Part shown: piece by piece, positions 17,541-27,535 of the stretch
Layout of the letters: each line of letters starts with the position of its first letter
How positions within the stretch are numbered: position 1 is the first letter of the stretch
IMG/VR virus record: IMGVR_UViG_3300032218_003137
Location: 1-40,334 of that record
Source of the DNA: a virus
Lineage: Duplodnaviria; Caudoviricetes
DNA length: 40,334 nt
Reading direction: 5' to 3' (one strand)
Notes under the pieces: model-generated
The model's input: only the letters and a program-made list of their open reading frames with translations
Database searches by the model: none
What the model was told of the DNA's origin: nothing
Translations under genes and position numbers: made by a program

Positions 17541-17921
17541 TCAGTAGCGCGGAAGGATGAGGAGCTCGACGGCGCTGTCGTTCGGGGCGGTGAACTGCTT
17601 CCCGCCCTGCTCGACGACCCATTCGCAGGCGTAGGTGTTCGGTACGTCGGTATCGCCGTTTACCCACGCATACGAGACGATGCCCTTCGGCGCGTCTTCG
17701 ATGGTCGCGACCGCCTCAAAGACCATTTCGGGAGCCTGACACCCGCAGCCAGCAGGCCACCACCGGAAGGTGACGACCGCATCAGTCAGGTCTGCAGCTC
17801 CGAAAGTCGACACGATCTGCACACGAATGACGGGCAGCGTGTCGCCAGCCTTGAGCACGAAGCGCGGCGACGAATACCCCGTCTGGAGCGATGCCTTGAT
17901 TGGTGTCGTGAGGGTAGCCAT
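17541..17921 (-). CDS. BppU N-terminal-like baseplate/fibre adaptor
   Basis: LKAGDTLP...DLTDAVVTF...KGIVSYAWVNGDTDVPNTYACEW...FTAPND pattern; GAGGGG RBS. Confidence 0.75.
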   Translation of the reverse strand: MATLTTPIKASLQTGYSSPRFVLKAGDTLPVIRVQIVSTFGAADLTDAVVTFRWWPAGCGCQAPEMVFEAVATIEDAPKGIVSYAWVNGDTDVPNTYACEWVVEQGGKQFTAPNDSAVELLILPRY

Positions 17922-17933
17922 CGCCCCTCGTTC

Positions 17934-18722
17934 CTATGCCAAGCGCACCGAAACGCCGGGTTCCACAAAGACGTTCGTCGTCCCAATGCTCTTACCGAGA
18001 CGCTGCACCGTCTGCCCCGAGACCGAGGGTGCCGTGCCCGTGAGGCCGCCTCCGACAGCGACGAAGACCGGCGCGTCGAGCGGGAGTCCGACAAGTCCCT
18101 CCGCCACGCCGTCGGTGCGGACCGAGTTGGTCGTCGCTCCCGTGTAGAGGCCAACCGCAGGCATGGCTGCAGGGTTGCCCGCGTCGGCTACGATGAGCAC
18201 GATACCGTCGAGGATAGCGACCGGCGTGCCAGCGGGAATCGCAGGATACGGACCGCCCGGCGCAGGCACCGTCCCGCGAACTGCTGACGGTGTCGGCGTC
18301 GGACCGGGACCGGGCGAGACGCCGCCGTAGGTTGCGGGCGTGACATAGAGCGGCGACGTCGGAATGACCGCCTCTAGCGAGCCATCAAGCCGCTGAAGCA
18401 CGACGTCGTAACAGTAGCCGGTCGTTCGCCAGGACGCGGTCTGCGCGGGCGAGAGCGAAAACTCAACAAGGTTCGGCCCAAGCTCCGGTAGCACGACGCC
18501 AGCAACAGAGAGCAGCGACGACAGGTCGCGAGGCGACCGCTTTACGGTCAGCGTCAGCCCCGCACTCGAGAGGTCGACCGCCGCGCCCTGCTGATCCACG
18601 ACCGTCAGGAGCACGCGGTTCGTCATCGCCGCGAGGATTGGGAGTCCCTGCCTTGCGTCTGGCGGCACGCGAAGACTCGGCCGACCACCCGAACGAACAA
18701 CGCCTGTGAGCTGGATCAGCAT
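17934..18722 (-). CDS. adaptor protein: BppU-like domain, Pro linker, cement-like domain
   Basis: AVDLSSAGLTLTVK...LSPAQTASW...YCYDVVL, then PGPGPTPTP, then a domain paralogous to the 16974 gene. Confidence 0.75.
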   Translation of the reverse strand: MLIQLTGVVRSGGRPSLRVPPDARQGLPILAAMTNRVLLTVVDQQGAAVDLSSAGLTLTVKRSPRDLSSLLSVAGVVLPELGPNLVEFSLSPAQTASWRTTGYCYDVVLQRLDGSLEAVIPTSPLYVTPATYGGVSPGPGPTPTPSAVRGTVPAPGGPYPAIPAGTPVAILDGIVLIVADAGNPAAMPAVGLYTGATTNSVRTDGVAEGLVGLPLDAPVFVAVGGGLTGTAPSVSGQTVQRLGKSIGTTNVFVEPGVSVRLA

Positions 18723-18730
18723 CGAGAACC

Positions 18731-20866
18731 TCAGTTGTTGACAAAGGCAACTTCGACCCAGACCGTGCCGGTGAAGACCAGCGTCAGTGCGTCGTACTGC
18801 CCGAGGACATGAGAGGCTGCCGAGAGTTGCAATGCACTCGTCGCGTCGTCGCTAGAGTCTCGGAACGTCGTCGTTCCCGCGCCGGTTTGAATGATGGTGA
18901 CGCGCGTCCCCGTCGTGATGCTGCTTGTCTGCACTTCGGGATTGCCGCCGTTGAGGTCGATGGCCCCCGCGTTGGTCAGCAGGATGGTCGGTGCGTTGAC
19001 AGGTAGCGTCGTGGCCGCCACGGCCGCACGAGAGTCAGTCATCTCGACGTTTCGGCCGTAGGTCTTGACGTCCTGACCGCTGCGACCGATAGCGACCGAG
19101 GCAGCGTTGTTCCTGCCGAGAGACACGGCGCCTGCCGTCGCCGAGCCGGTTGCGGCCCCCGCGTCGACCGTCGCGCCGCCCGAGGTCGCGCCCGACGCCG
19201 ACGCCTCTCCTCCCACGACTGACGCAAGGCCGCCGCCGTGAGACACGCTAGACCCACCCTGCATCATTGAGGGGCCGCCCGCGCCGCCAGTGCCGGATCC
19301 TCCTCGAATATCGAGCGCTCCTGCGCCGCCTCCTGAGCCATCTCCGCTCACGATGAGTATTGCGCCTCCGACAACGCCATTCCCGGCTTGAAGCGTTGCG
19401 TTTCCGCCTGCGCCACTCGCTGCGCCACCAGATATGGTGACGTTTCCGCCGGTTCCCGCGTTTGCCTGACCGGCAGTCACCTCAATCGCACCACCGTCAT
19501 CGCCAGCTCCGCCGAGCACGGTGACCATGCCGCCGGTCGTTCCGACCGCGCCATCAGCGATGACCCTCGAACCGTTGGCGTCCGCCGAGCCGCCGCCGTT
19601 GAGTTGCGCCGAGCCGCCGGCCGTACCGCCGTCGCCGCCGTATGAATAGGCGTTGCCTCCGGCGCCGATGCTGACGGTCCCGCCCACGAGCTTGGCGTCA
19701 CCTCCAGCACCCGAGCCGCCGTTCTGTGCCGCGTTGATGGCAAGGCCTGGCGCCTTGAGGGTGCTGGTGACAGAGTCCACGTCAAACGAAGTGACAGCCC
19801 CGATAGTGCCCTGTACGGGAATGCTACTGCCAAGCGTCGGCGCGAGGCCGTTTGGATTCGGGTAGGTGGAGCTGCCATTGTACCCGAGCACGCCGCCCGC
19901 CGCGCCCGTCGGAGCAGCACCGTTCGTTGTCGGCGCCCAGTCGGTGCCGCTCCATCCGAGCACCTGCCCCGAACTTGGAGCGGTCGCTGAGACGGCGCGA
20001 CCCTGCAGGCCGATGACCATCGGGTCAGGGAACATGCCCGAGAGGTCGCCTCCCGCTGTCGCGTCGAACTCTGTCGGTGCCGGTCCGACCATGATGTCGT
20101 AGGTGCTCGCGCCTACCGCGCACACGGTGCCGATCTGCCGCTTGATGGTGCCGGGCGTCAGCGCGAGGCCCGCCGCGTCGGAGATGTAGACCGGGTCGCC
20201 GACGCTTGGCGCGGAGCCAAACGGGACGCCCTGATAGAGACCCGTCGTCTGCACCGTGATGACGTCGTTGGCCGCGATGCTGCCGCCGTCCACACTGCCC
20301 GCGACGACACCGAAGACGCCCTGCACCTCGGCCGCGACGTCAGCGTGGGCCTTCGACCAACTCGCGACGACGCGCTCGCCTGGCAGCCCCGCCGCGAGCG
20401 TGTAGACGTCGCCTGCGTAGACCACGTTGCCGACGACCATCGACTCGGCCGCAACGCCCGGCAGGACGCCCGCCTCGGTGAACTGCGTCACCCGACGAAG
20501 GATCGCGTCAACAGGGTTTGCCCAGCCGTCGTTCGCGCTGTTCTCGACCGTCTCGCCGATGGCCGGAACGCGATCACCCGTCTCGAGTTCGCGCACCGCC
20601 GCGATGAGCTGCTGGCTCGACTCGGTCGGCAGGCCGTCATCGACCGTCAGGAGCAGGAGGTACGAGCCCTCCTTCGATGCGACGAACGAGGCGCCGCGCT
20701 GCGTCGGCGTGACGAGCGCGTCCGTCGGCCCCGCCGGCTGCGAGACGATGGCCCACTGGTAGGTGGTCGCCGCGTCGACGCTGTAGAGCGAGACCGTCGA
20801 GCCCAGCGTGATGTTGTCGTCGGAGACGCCGCCGGTTCCGCTGTTGATCGAGATGATGGCTGCCAT
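18731..20866 (-). CDS. multidomain fibre protein (PKD/Ig-like, cement-like and glycine-rich regions)
   Basis: AAGGAG RBS and ATG 20866. YQWAIVSQPAG...EGSYLLLLTVDDG (PKD-like), AGGDLSG motif, and many GG-x3-hydrophobic-x-GG repeats. Confidence 0.8.
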   Translation of the reverse strand: MAAIISINSGTGGVSDDNITLGSTVSLYSVDAATTYQWAIVSQPAGPTDALVTPTQRGASFVASKEGSYLLLLTVDDGLPTESSQQLIAAVRELETGDRVPAIGETVENSANDGWANPVDAILRRVTQFTEAGVLPGVAAESMVVGNVVYAGDVYTLAAGLPGERVVASWSKAHADVAAEVQGVFGVVAGSVDGGSIAANDVITVQTTGLYQGVPFGSAPSVGDPVYISDAAGLALTPGTIKRQIGTVCAVGASTYDIMVGPAPTEFDATAGGDLSGMFPDPMVIGLQGRAVSATAPSSGQVLGWSGTDWAPTTNGAAPTGAAGGVLGYNGSSTYPNPNGLAPTLGSSIPVQGTIGAVTSFDVDSVTSTLKAPGLAINAAQNGGSGAGGDAKLVGGTVSIGAGGNAYSYGGDGGTAGGSAQLNGGGSADANGSRVIADGAVGTTGGMVTVLGGAGDDGGAIEVTAGQANAGTGGNVTISGGAASGAGGNATLQAGNGVVGGAILIVSGDGSGGGAGALDIRGGSGTGGAGGPSMMQGGSSVSHGGGLASVVGGEASASGATSGGATVDAGAATGSATAGAVSLGRNNAASVAIGRSGQDVKTYGRNVEMTDSRAAVAATTLPVNAPTILLTNAGAIDLNGGNPEVQTSSITTGTRVTIIQTGAGTTTFRDSSDDATSALQLSAASHVLGQYDALTLVFTGTVWVEVAFVNN

Positions 20867-20876
20867 GGGCGTCTCC

Positions 20877-22052
20877 TTAGAAAGCCTGAGCGAAGAGCGA
20901 GAGGCGCACAGTCGGCGGCACGATGAAGTTGTCAATTTCCGTCGCACTGATGTCGATACCCGCGTAGCCACCACCCTGATATGCCTTGCCCGCCATGACG
21001 ATAAACTTTGCCACCGTCGGGCCGATGAGTGCGTCGAAGGTGCCCGCTGCCTCAAAGATGGGGAGAGCCGAGGCGCGCGTCACCGTCGACCGGCTCTTGA
21101 CGCCGCACGTCAACGCGATCTGCAAGTCGGTGATGGTGGCGGTCTCGACAATCGCCAGCCCTGCCGCGTTCAAGCGAAACACCGAGGGGCTGACCGAGCC
21201 GGAGGAGACGTAAACCTCAAAATACTTGTAGCCCGAAGACGGAGGCGTCTCGTAGACGGAGCGCACCACTGCATGCACACCGTTGTTGCCGAAGTCGAAG
21301 CCTTGCACGGTCGAGCCATCAAGCCGAGCGTCAAACTCGAGCGTCATCGCTCGGCCGCCGTGCGGAATCAGCACGAACCGGCGGTCCTCGATGTCCGAAT
21401 TTGAGAGATTGCCGGAGCCCGTGGGAACGTAGATGCGGCCGATCTCAAGGTAGCCCGACGGCACTGAAGGAGCGGTCGGCGTTCCGCCGGTCGCGGTGCC
21501 GGTCACGACCATGACGAAGTCTGGCAAGGAAAGTGCGTTCTCAGTGAACTGCGTGGGCTTCTGCTGAAACGAGAAAGTGCTCGACGTCGGATTGAGGAGT
21601 CCGATGCTTTGCTCAGCCGTTGGGGAATCAGGCGCTTTGACGCACACGATGTCGATGCGAGACAGACCGGCCGCAAGGTCGGCAATCTCAAGGTAGAGAC
21701 CTGCCGCGTCTGGGTCGCTCGGCTGGCAGACGATAGGAGCGTACGAACCCGCGTTGACGCCCGCGATGCCGTTGATGTCGTCCTCGTCGTATGCAGTTGC
21801 CGCGTTGATGAAGCCAAGCCCCTTCTGAACGACGACCTCGCGTGATGTTGTGCTCGCGAAGCACCGGAAGCTGTTGCCGATGAAGCCAGTGGCGAAGGTC
21901 GGGTTCCCGCCTGGCGACGCAGAGTAGACCGCGCCAGCGAGATACGCCTGCGTGACCGAGTCGTAGAAGGCTTGCAGGTTAAGGTCGCTTGACAGCGGCC
22001 GCTGTAGCGGATTCGTGATGCGACGCTGGAAGGGCGGAGTGATCGTGGGCAT
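20877..22052 (-). CDS. tail fibre attachment / minor tail protein
   Basis: TGATG coupling. SRIDIVCV...PTAPSVPSGYLEIGRIYVP...DIEDRR motif of fibre-anchoring proteins. Follows the baseplate genes. Confidence 0.7.
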   Translation of the reverse strand: MPTITPPFQRRITNPLQRPLSSDLNLQAFYDSVTQAYLAGAVYSASPGGNPTFATGFIGNSFRCFASTTSREVVVQKGLGFINAATAYDEDDINGIAGVNAGSYAPIVCQPSDPDAAGLYLEIADLAAGLSRIDIVCVKAPDSPTAEQSIGLLNPTSSTFSFQQKPTQFTENALSLPDFVMVVTGTATGGTPTAPSVPSGYLEIGRIYVPTGSGNLSNSDIEDRRFVLIPHGGRAMTLEFDARLDGSTVQGFDFGNNGVHAVVRSVYETPPSSGYKYFEVYVSSGSVSPSVFRLNAAGLAIVETATITDLQIALTCGVKSRSTVTRASALPIFEAAGTFDALIGPTVAKFIVMAGKAYQGGGYAGIDISATEIDNFIVPPTVRLSLFAQAF

Positions 22053-23062
22053 CAAGTGTTCTCCCAGAGGACGAAAGGGGCGACGCCGGCGGCCTTGATG
22101 GCCGCAAGCTGGTCGGTGAAGCTGCCGTAGGTCGAGTTCGCGATGGAACCGGAGTTGTTGGCGAGCGACACGACAAACGCCTGCAGGTAGTTGCGGGGAA
22201 GGTAGCGATTCCGCGAGGGCGGATACGGGCGCGGGTCGTCGTACACGAAGACGACTGGGTCCGAGTCCATCGGCATGTCGTACCCCGTCTGGAAGTCAAC
22301 CGCCCAAAGGTCATGGTACTCAAACGACTGCACGAAGCCAGCCGGTTGCGGCCCGAAGATGCGCGTCAGCATCCGCTGAATGGCGCCCGGCGTAATGGTG
22401 TCGGGCAACGTGCGGCAGCGGAGCCGGAACGCCTCGTCGCTCTCACCGAGGTACTGTGTCAGGCCACGGTCGTTGCCGAGCAGTTCGAGGAACGGAGAGA
22501 CGCCGTTGTCGGTGCTGCCGTCGGCATCGACCGTGATGGTCGTGTCTGAGAAGGGCGGGTCTTGCGTCAGCGAGCCGACGGACCACGTCGTCGTCACCGG
22601 CACCGTCGTCACGCCCGCGACGACCGCCGTGTTGAGCCAGTAGGCGGCGACCGACGAGACGACCGGCACCGAGACGGACAGGTCAGTCGCGCCGAAGGTG
22701 ACGTCCTCGCTCGTGAAGTAGATGCGGCCGCTCGTCGCGACGACCGACGAGCCCGCCTTGACCGTAAAAACGCCGAGCACGCCCGTCGAGGTCGAGGCGC
22801 GGGTGAGCGTTACCGTCGCGGTCGACAGCTCGCCCGAGGGCGCCGTCAGGAAGAACAACCCGCACCCGAGCCGCTCGGCGGCCGCGCTGACGCGGGAGAG
22901 AGCCTGCGACGCCGCGAGGATGACCTCCCAGCCGGGAGCGCCCGGAGCTCCCGTGCCGGGCGGCTCCATCGGGTCGAGGTACTCGGGCGGCAGGAACCGG
23001 CGAAGCACCTCAACGAGCTGCTCCGGCGTGTCGGCGTTGATGGGGCAGGGGATAAGCGACAT
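22052..23062 (-). CDS. baseplate wedge protein (gpI/Mu gp48 position) with a J-like internal domain
   Basis: LRRFLPP; LELLGNDRGL...GESDEAFRLR; directly downstream of baseplate J. Confidence 0.7.
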   Translation of the reverse strand: MSLIPCPINADTPEQLVEVLRRFLPPEYLDPMEPPGTGAPGAPGWEVILAASQALSRVSAAAERLGCGLFFLTAPSGELSTATVTLTRASTSTGVLGVFTVKAGSSVVATSGRIYFTSEDVTFGATDLSVSVPVVSSVAAYWLNTAVVAGVTTVPVTTTWSVGSLTQDPPFSDTTITVDADGSTDNGVSPFLELLGNDRGLTQYLGESDEAFRLRCRTLPDTITPGAIQRMLTRIFGPQPAGFVQSFEYHDLWAVDFQTGYDMPMDSDPVVFVYDDPRPYPPSRNRYLPRNYLQAFVVSLANNSGSIANSTYGSFTDQLAAIKAAGVAPFVLWENT

Positions 23063-23065
23063 CGA

Positions 23066-24205
23066 CTAGCTCGCCACGACGAGCTGAAGGTTCGTGCGGA
23101 TGACCTGCAGAGGCGTCGGAACAACCGTTGCAACCGGCAGTTGCACCGTGTCGGTCGACTGATACAAGCCGTTCACGTTTGCCAGTGCCGCCTCAAGCGA
23201 AGCCACCGTGAGTTCAGCACCAGGCGCAAGCCTGTTGATGACCTGCACACACGCGGCCCGCGCCTCAAGCGAGACGGTCTGCGTGTCAAAGCCTGCCTTC
23301 ACACGCAAGAGCAACGTCACCGGCTGAAGGACAACCTGCGCCACGACCGTCGCGACGTAGATTCCAGCCGCTCGAGCTTGGTCGACCGCAAGAGCTACCC
23401 GTTCGGCGAGCTGCTGCGACTGGTGCTGGTAGGTCGCCACGGGAGAGGTCAGGACCGCGAGTGCGTCCGTGTACTGGTCAGTCACCGCGAGCGAGACGTA
23501 GCCGGTCTGCTGCCCGTAGGCATCCACGTCCTCAAAGGCCGCCGCGTACCGCACGCCGGGGACGCCTCGAGCCGCCTGCTCGATGGCAGCGAGGGTGCCG
23601 CGCTGAACCGTCGTGAAGAACCGTCGCGCCCTCTCGCGGAGCTCGGAGTCCGTCTCAGGGTCGGCAGCGCCCGCCGTCGCGAGGGCGTTCGTCACCGCGA
23701 GGTCGGCCACCGCGCCGGGGACCGGCGAAAGGAGCGTGTTGATCTCGCCGATGCCAGCCTGCTGTGTCGTGCCAGCGAGGACCGAGCGCACGGGGACGTC
23801 GACCGGCCCGTGGCTGCCGAGGAAGAATGTCGCCGGCTGAGTCGTCTCAAACTGCGTCCCGTCGGCCGTGACGAGCTTCGTCTGGACCGGAATCGCGAAG
23901 GTCGAGGCCGCGCCGGTCGCCGAGGTGAACTGAACGGTCCCGAGCGCAGCCGCCGCCGGCTTGCGGACGAGGCCGTACCTGTCGAAGACCAGCCGGTCGA
24001 GGTTCAGTCCCGTCGCCGTGTCGAGGAACGACGCCGCAGCGACGTAGGAGACCTGCTGCGCCACCTCGTCGCCGACTGCTGCGATGCTCGCCACGAGCGC
24101 GTTGGCGTCCGAGCCGGGACGGTCAACGGCCGTGAGGCGCGGGTTCGCGAGCAACAGTTGGTTGCGGGCGATGGAGAACAGGTCGGCGTAGGTAGGACGG
24201 TCCAC
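23066..24205 (-). CDS. baseplate J / Mu gp47-like wedge protein
   Basis: FLDTATGLNLDRL...YGLVRKPA, VTNALATAGAADPETDSELRERA, VPGV. Confidence 0.9.
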   Translation of the reverse strand: MDRPTYADLFSIARNQLLLANPRLTAVDRPGSDANALVASIAAVGDEVAQQVSYVAAASFLDTATGLNLDRLVFDRYGLVRKPAAAALGTVQFTSATGAASTFAIPVQTKLVTADGTQFETTQPATFFLGSHGPVDVPVRSVLAGTTQQAGIGEINTLLSPVPGAVADLAVTNALATAGAADPETDSELRERARRFFTTVQRGTLAAIEQAARGVPGVRYAAAFEDVDAYGQQTGYVSLAVTDQYTDALAVLTSPVATYQHQSQQLAERVALAVDQARAAGIYVATVVAQVVLQPVTLLLRVKAGFDTQTVSLEARAACVQVINRLAPGAELTVASLEAALANVNGLYQSTDTVQLPVATVVPTPLQVIRTNLQLVVAS

Positions 24206-24215
24206 AGGTCACCTC

Positions 24216-25043
24216 TTATGCCGCCGCGACCACGCGAGTCGCGACGCTGACGGTCGTGCCGGTGCGCAGCCGCGCCTGCACCTGGACCATGACAATGCCG
24301 TCGCCTTGCAGCGACACGCGCACGCTGACGTCGACAACCTCGGGCTCTCGGAGGACTGCGTTCTTGATCGTGTCGCGGATAACGGGGAGTTGGCTCGGCG
24401 AGACGAGCCCCTTGACCGGCAGGTTGAGGCCGTAGTCGGGCAGCCAGGTGAAGCCGCCGAGCGGGATGGTCAGCCGCCGGATGATGAGCTTGCGGACCGT
24501 CTCCTCGACGGTGCCGAGCTGGTAGTCGCCGTCGCTGCCGACTTGCAGCGTGCCTGAGACCTGGTTGTCGAGTACCTGCGGCTGGATGTTGCGAAGGTCG
24601 CCCGTGGTGCCGGGCTGCGCAACGAGCTGCGGCGCCTGCGCGCACCCGTCGAACGAGATGGAGACGTCGGGCTGCACCGCGCCGACAGGGTTTCGCAGGC
24701 CGACCGTCGAGACTGTGAGAGTGTCCGTCGCCGGCCCGAGCGGGAACAGTGTGATGAGCCGGTAGGTCGTCGCGTTGACGTACTCGACCGAGGCCACGAC
24801 GCGGTCGCTGGTTCCGGTGATGACGCCTGCTGCGTTGCGGACCGGCCCGACGACGAGCCACGACGCGGGGTTGAGCGCGTCGCCCGGGTACTGCGGCCCA
24901 AGGTGTTGCGGCTCGTAGTTGAGCTCGACGAGCACGATGCGGTCGCCCGCCGCGAAGGCCCGCACGAAGTCGATGACGCCGACGGTGAGACCGCCGAAGG
25001 GCGACGTCCCCCACGCCTGGTAGCCGTAGCCGGAGACCGTCAT
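24216..25043 (-). CDS. baseplate wedge / sheath initiator (gp25/gpW-like) with an N-terminal extension
   Basis: C-terminal RRLTIPLGGFTWLPDYGLNL...VLREPEV; extra N-terminal beta-rich domain. Confidence 0.8.
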   Translation of the reverse strand: MTVSGYGYQAWGTSPFGGLTVGVIDFVRAFAAGDRIVLVELNYEPQHLGPQYPGDALNPASWLVVGPVRNAAGVITGTSDRVVASVEYVNATTYRLITLFPLGPATDTLTVSTVGLRNPVGAVQPDVSISFDGCAQAPQLVAQPGTTGDLRNIQPQVLDNQVSGTLQVGSDGDYQLGTVEETVRKLIIRRLTIPLGGFTWLPDYGLNLPVKGLVSPSQLPVIRDTIKNAVLREPEVVDVSVRVSLQGDGIVMVQVQARLRTGTTVSVATRVVAAA

Positions 25044-25741
25044 TCGCTCACCACCTTGTCGGATGCCATGTTGATCTTGCCGGCGAGGGCGATGGTTCCC
25101 GCACCGACGCCCGAAACGGCGCCAGACAGTGTCACCGTGCTGGTTGAGACCGCGCCACTCGGCGACGTATAGGTCGCCGTGATGATGCAGCCAGAGCCCG
25201 GCGGCGCGGTTGGCGCGGCCGTGAAAGCCAGCGTTCCGTCCGCCGTCGTGTCGTTGAGTCGCGCCACGCCCCTCGTCGCCGCCTCGCCGCCGAGCTTCAC
25301 CTTGCCGTCCACCGCCGTGACGACGACGTCGCCGCCGCCCTGCACCGTGAGCCGCAGCGACTTGTCGGCCTCGACGACCAGCACCACGTCCTCGGGCGTC
25401 GCCTCGAGCCCTGCCGGCGGAACATCAGCCGGCGACCAGAGCCGCTGCGTGATGACAAGCCCCTGCGCGGGGTCGCCGCCGGGAGCCGAGACGAGCACCT
25501 CGTCGTCGACCTTGACCGGCGCGTAGAAGCCAAAGCCCGAGCCTGCGTAGGCCGCCCCGAGCCGCGCCGTCTCGCGTCGCTTGGACGGCATCAGCAGGAC
25601 ATCGCAGAAGACGCCCGCCGCCTCGTCGATGACGACCGACTGCACGATTGCCAGCGAGCACCACGAACGCGGGTCGATACCCGGCCGCGTCATCGCCTTC
25701 GAGAGCATGTTGAAGTCGAGGCCGCTGGCTGCTCGTCGCAT
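25040..25741 (-). CDS. baseplate central spike (gpV-like)
   Basis: YAGSGFGFYAPVKVDDEVLVSAPGGDP OB-fold motif; VKLGG...VARLND. Confidence 0.85.
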   Translation of the reverse strand: MRRAASGLDFNMLSKAMTRPGIDPRSWCSLAIVQSVVIDEAAGVFCDVLLMPSKRRETARLGAAYAGSGFGFYAPVKVDDEVLVSAPGGDPAQGLVITQRLWSPADVPPAGLEATPEDVVLVVEADKSLRLTVQGGGDVVVTAVDGKVKLGGEAATRGVARLNDTTADGTLAFTAAPTAPPGSGCIITATYTSPSGAVSTSTVTLSGAVSGVGAGTIALAGKINMASDKVVSE

Positions 25742-25750
25742 GGTAGCCTC

Positions 25751-27535
25751 CTACCCCGCGCTCGGCACTTCGACGGCCTGCAGCGCCGTCGGCACGTTGC
25801 CGGTCGTGTTTGTCGTCGGAAGGCTCGTCGTCACCGACACGCCCGCCTTGCCGCTAGTCGCCTCGACGTAGTTCTCAAAGTCGCAGGTAATCTTGACGCC
25901 CGTCGTCACGCTGTAGTCGAACTTGACGTGCTTCGCTCGAAAGATGGGCGCGAGAGCGGGAACGCCTCGGTCAAACGACTGCACGATGGCTCGCGCCATG
26001 CGCTCGGGGAAACCACGGTTCATCATCTCGCGGATGCGCTGCGCTCCCGCTGTCGTCGCGTCCTGCTGCAACGGCGAGACGGCCGGTGCCTGTCCCGTCG
26101 AGAGGCGCTCGTCCACCTGGATGCGGACAGCATCGCCAGGGCGCAGCTTGAGAAGGTCGGCCTCAAGGTCTGGTCGCCCGTAGGTCGCGAGGTTCGCCGT
26201 CTCAAAGGCGCCCGACATCTCGCCGCGATGGACCTCCTCGTAGATGGCCTGCGCCACCTCAAGGAGCTGCTTGCGGTCTTTGATGCCGGTGACGGGCACG
26301 CGCAGGACGTCTGAGTAGGCCACCGTGCCGCTCGGCGAGATTTGGCCCGCCTGCACCTCAACGACCTCTCCGGCCGTGAATGACAGCCGATTCGTCCTGA
26401 GCAGCGCCTTCTTTGCCTTCTTGGTCTTCGCGTTGTCGTCGGGGTTGCCCGTGTCGAGCACTCGAATGCCGGGCGGGTAGGTCACCTCAATCAGCCGACC
26501 ATTGCCGCGCTCGGGGCTGTCGATATTGATGGACGTCACCATGACAGCGGCACCCTTCCTGCCGTTCGACCCTTGGAACTTGCGGTTCATCTCAAGACTG
26601 AGGACGTCGCGCCCGTAGATCATCCCTCGGATGGTGCCGATCTGCGACCAGTACGATCGCGCCCGCCGAAGCAGGAGCTTGTTTCCCGAGAAGTACGGCA
26701 GCACGCCGCAGAGGAAGCAGTAGTTGGTGATGAGGTCCCAGAACGAGACCTCTTCGCCGGTCTTCGGCGTGCCCTTGCTCTCCTTGCCGCTGGCGCCAAG
26801 GCGAACCCGCGTCGAGCCGTCGGACGAATACGGGCTCGGCGGAACACCGAAGTAGCCCTCCCCCGGCACCTTCCATTCGTCGGGGAAGTACCAGAGCGAC
26901 AGTGTGGACGCGAAGGGGTGCTTGTCCATGATCTGTCGGATCACGTTCTGGATGGGCTTGCGAAGGTCTAGCTGTGTGAACAGCGCGGCCGGCGCGGGCG
27001 AGTCGAGGAGCACGCCTCGGAGGTCGCGCCCCTCGAGCGTCACGCGGCTCATCTGCCCATCGTGCCGTACCCGCACTTCGTCGACGATGCCAACGACGAC
27101 CAGGTTGTCGTCGGTGAGCGAGACGAGCGCCGGATTGTTTGAGAGGCTGTAGCCCTGCCCACCGATGCCCTGCGCGGACTTGTCGGCGGAGACGCCGCCC
27201 ATGTAGACGTCGCACGCGATGGCCTTGAACATGCGCGGGTCGACAGGGAAGTCCCTATAGAGAAACTCCAGAGAGAAACGACCGGCCTCGCGAGGCGAAG
27301 GCACCTCTACGCTTGCCGAGATAGGTCGAATCACAATCGACTCAGTCAGGCCGTCATTGTTCGTGCCCGTGAGCGCCGACGAGTTGCCCGCCTGCTGCAC
27401 GACGGCGCGGGGCTGTTCCAGCGACGACGTGCCGGTAGGGTCCGTCCCGCGAAGATACGCCTTGTCGAAGCGGACATTGAGCCGCACGAGGCACGACGGG
27501 CGGTAGACCGGCGGACGAGGCGTCAAGCCGCTCAT
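25751..27535 (-). CDS. baseplate hub (gpD/Mu gp44-like)
   Basis: GIVDEV...VTLEGRDLRGVLLD and LRPGDAVRI motifs; located between the LysM protein and the spike. Confidence 0.8.
   Translation of the reverse strand: MSGLTPRPPVYRPSCLVRLNVRFDKAYLRGTDPTGTSSLEQPRAVVQQAGNSSALTGTNNDGLTESIVIRPISASVEVPSPREAGRFSLEFLYRDFPVDPRMFKAIACDVYMGGVSADKSAQGIGGQGYSLSNNPALVSLTDDNLVVVGIVDEVRVRHDGQMSRVTLEGRDLRGVLLDSPAPAALFTQLDLRKPIQNVIRQIMDKHPFASTLSLWYFPDEWKVPGEGYFGVPPSPYSSDGSTRVRLGASGKESKGTPKTGEEVSFWDLITNYCFLCGVLPYFSGNKLLLRRARSYWSQIGTIRGMIYGRDVLSLEMNRKFQGSNGRKGAAVMVTSINIDSPERGNGRLIEVTYPPGIRVLDTGNPDDNAKTKKAKKALLRTNRLSFTAGEVVEVQAGQISPSGTVAYSDVLRVPVTGIKDRKQLLEVAQAIYEEVHRGEMSGAFETANLATYGRPDLEADLLKLRPGDAVRIQVDERLSTGQAPAVSPLQQDATTAGAQRIREMMNRGFPERMARAIVQSFDRGVPALAPIFRAKHVKFDYSVTTGVKITCDFENYVEATSGKAGVSVTTSLPTTNTTGNVPTALQAVEVPSAG

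Noticed and set aside
19040-19760. Glycine-rich region as collagen or PE-PGRS
   Set aside because: No sustained Gly-X-Y triplet period and no PE domain; it fits a glycine-rich phage fibre shaft.
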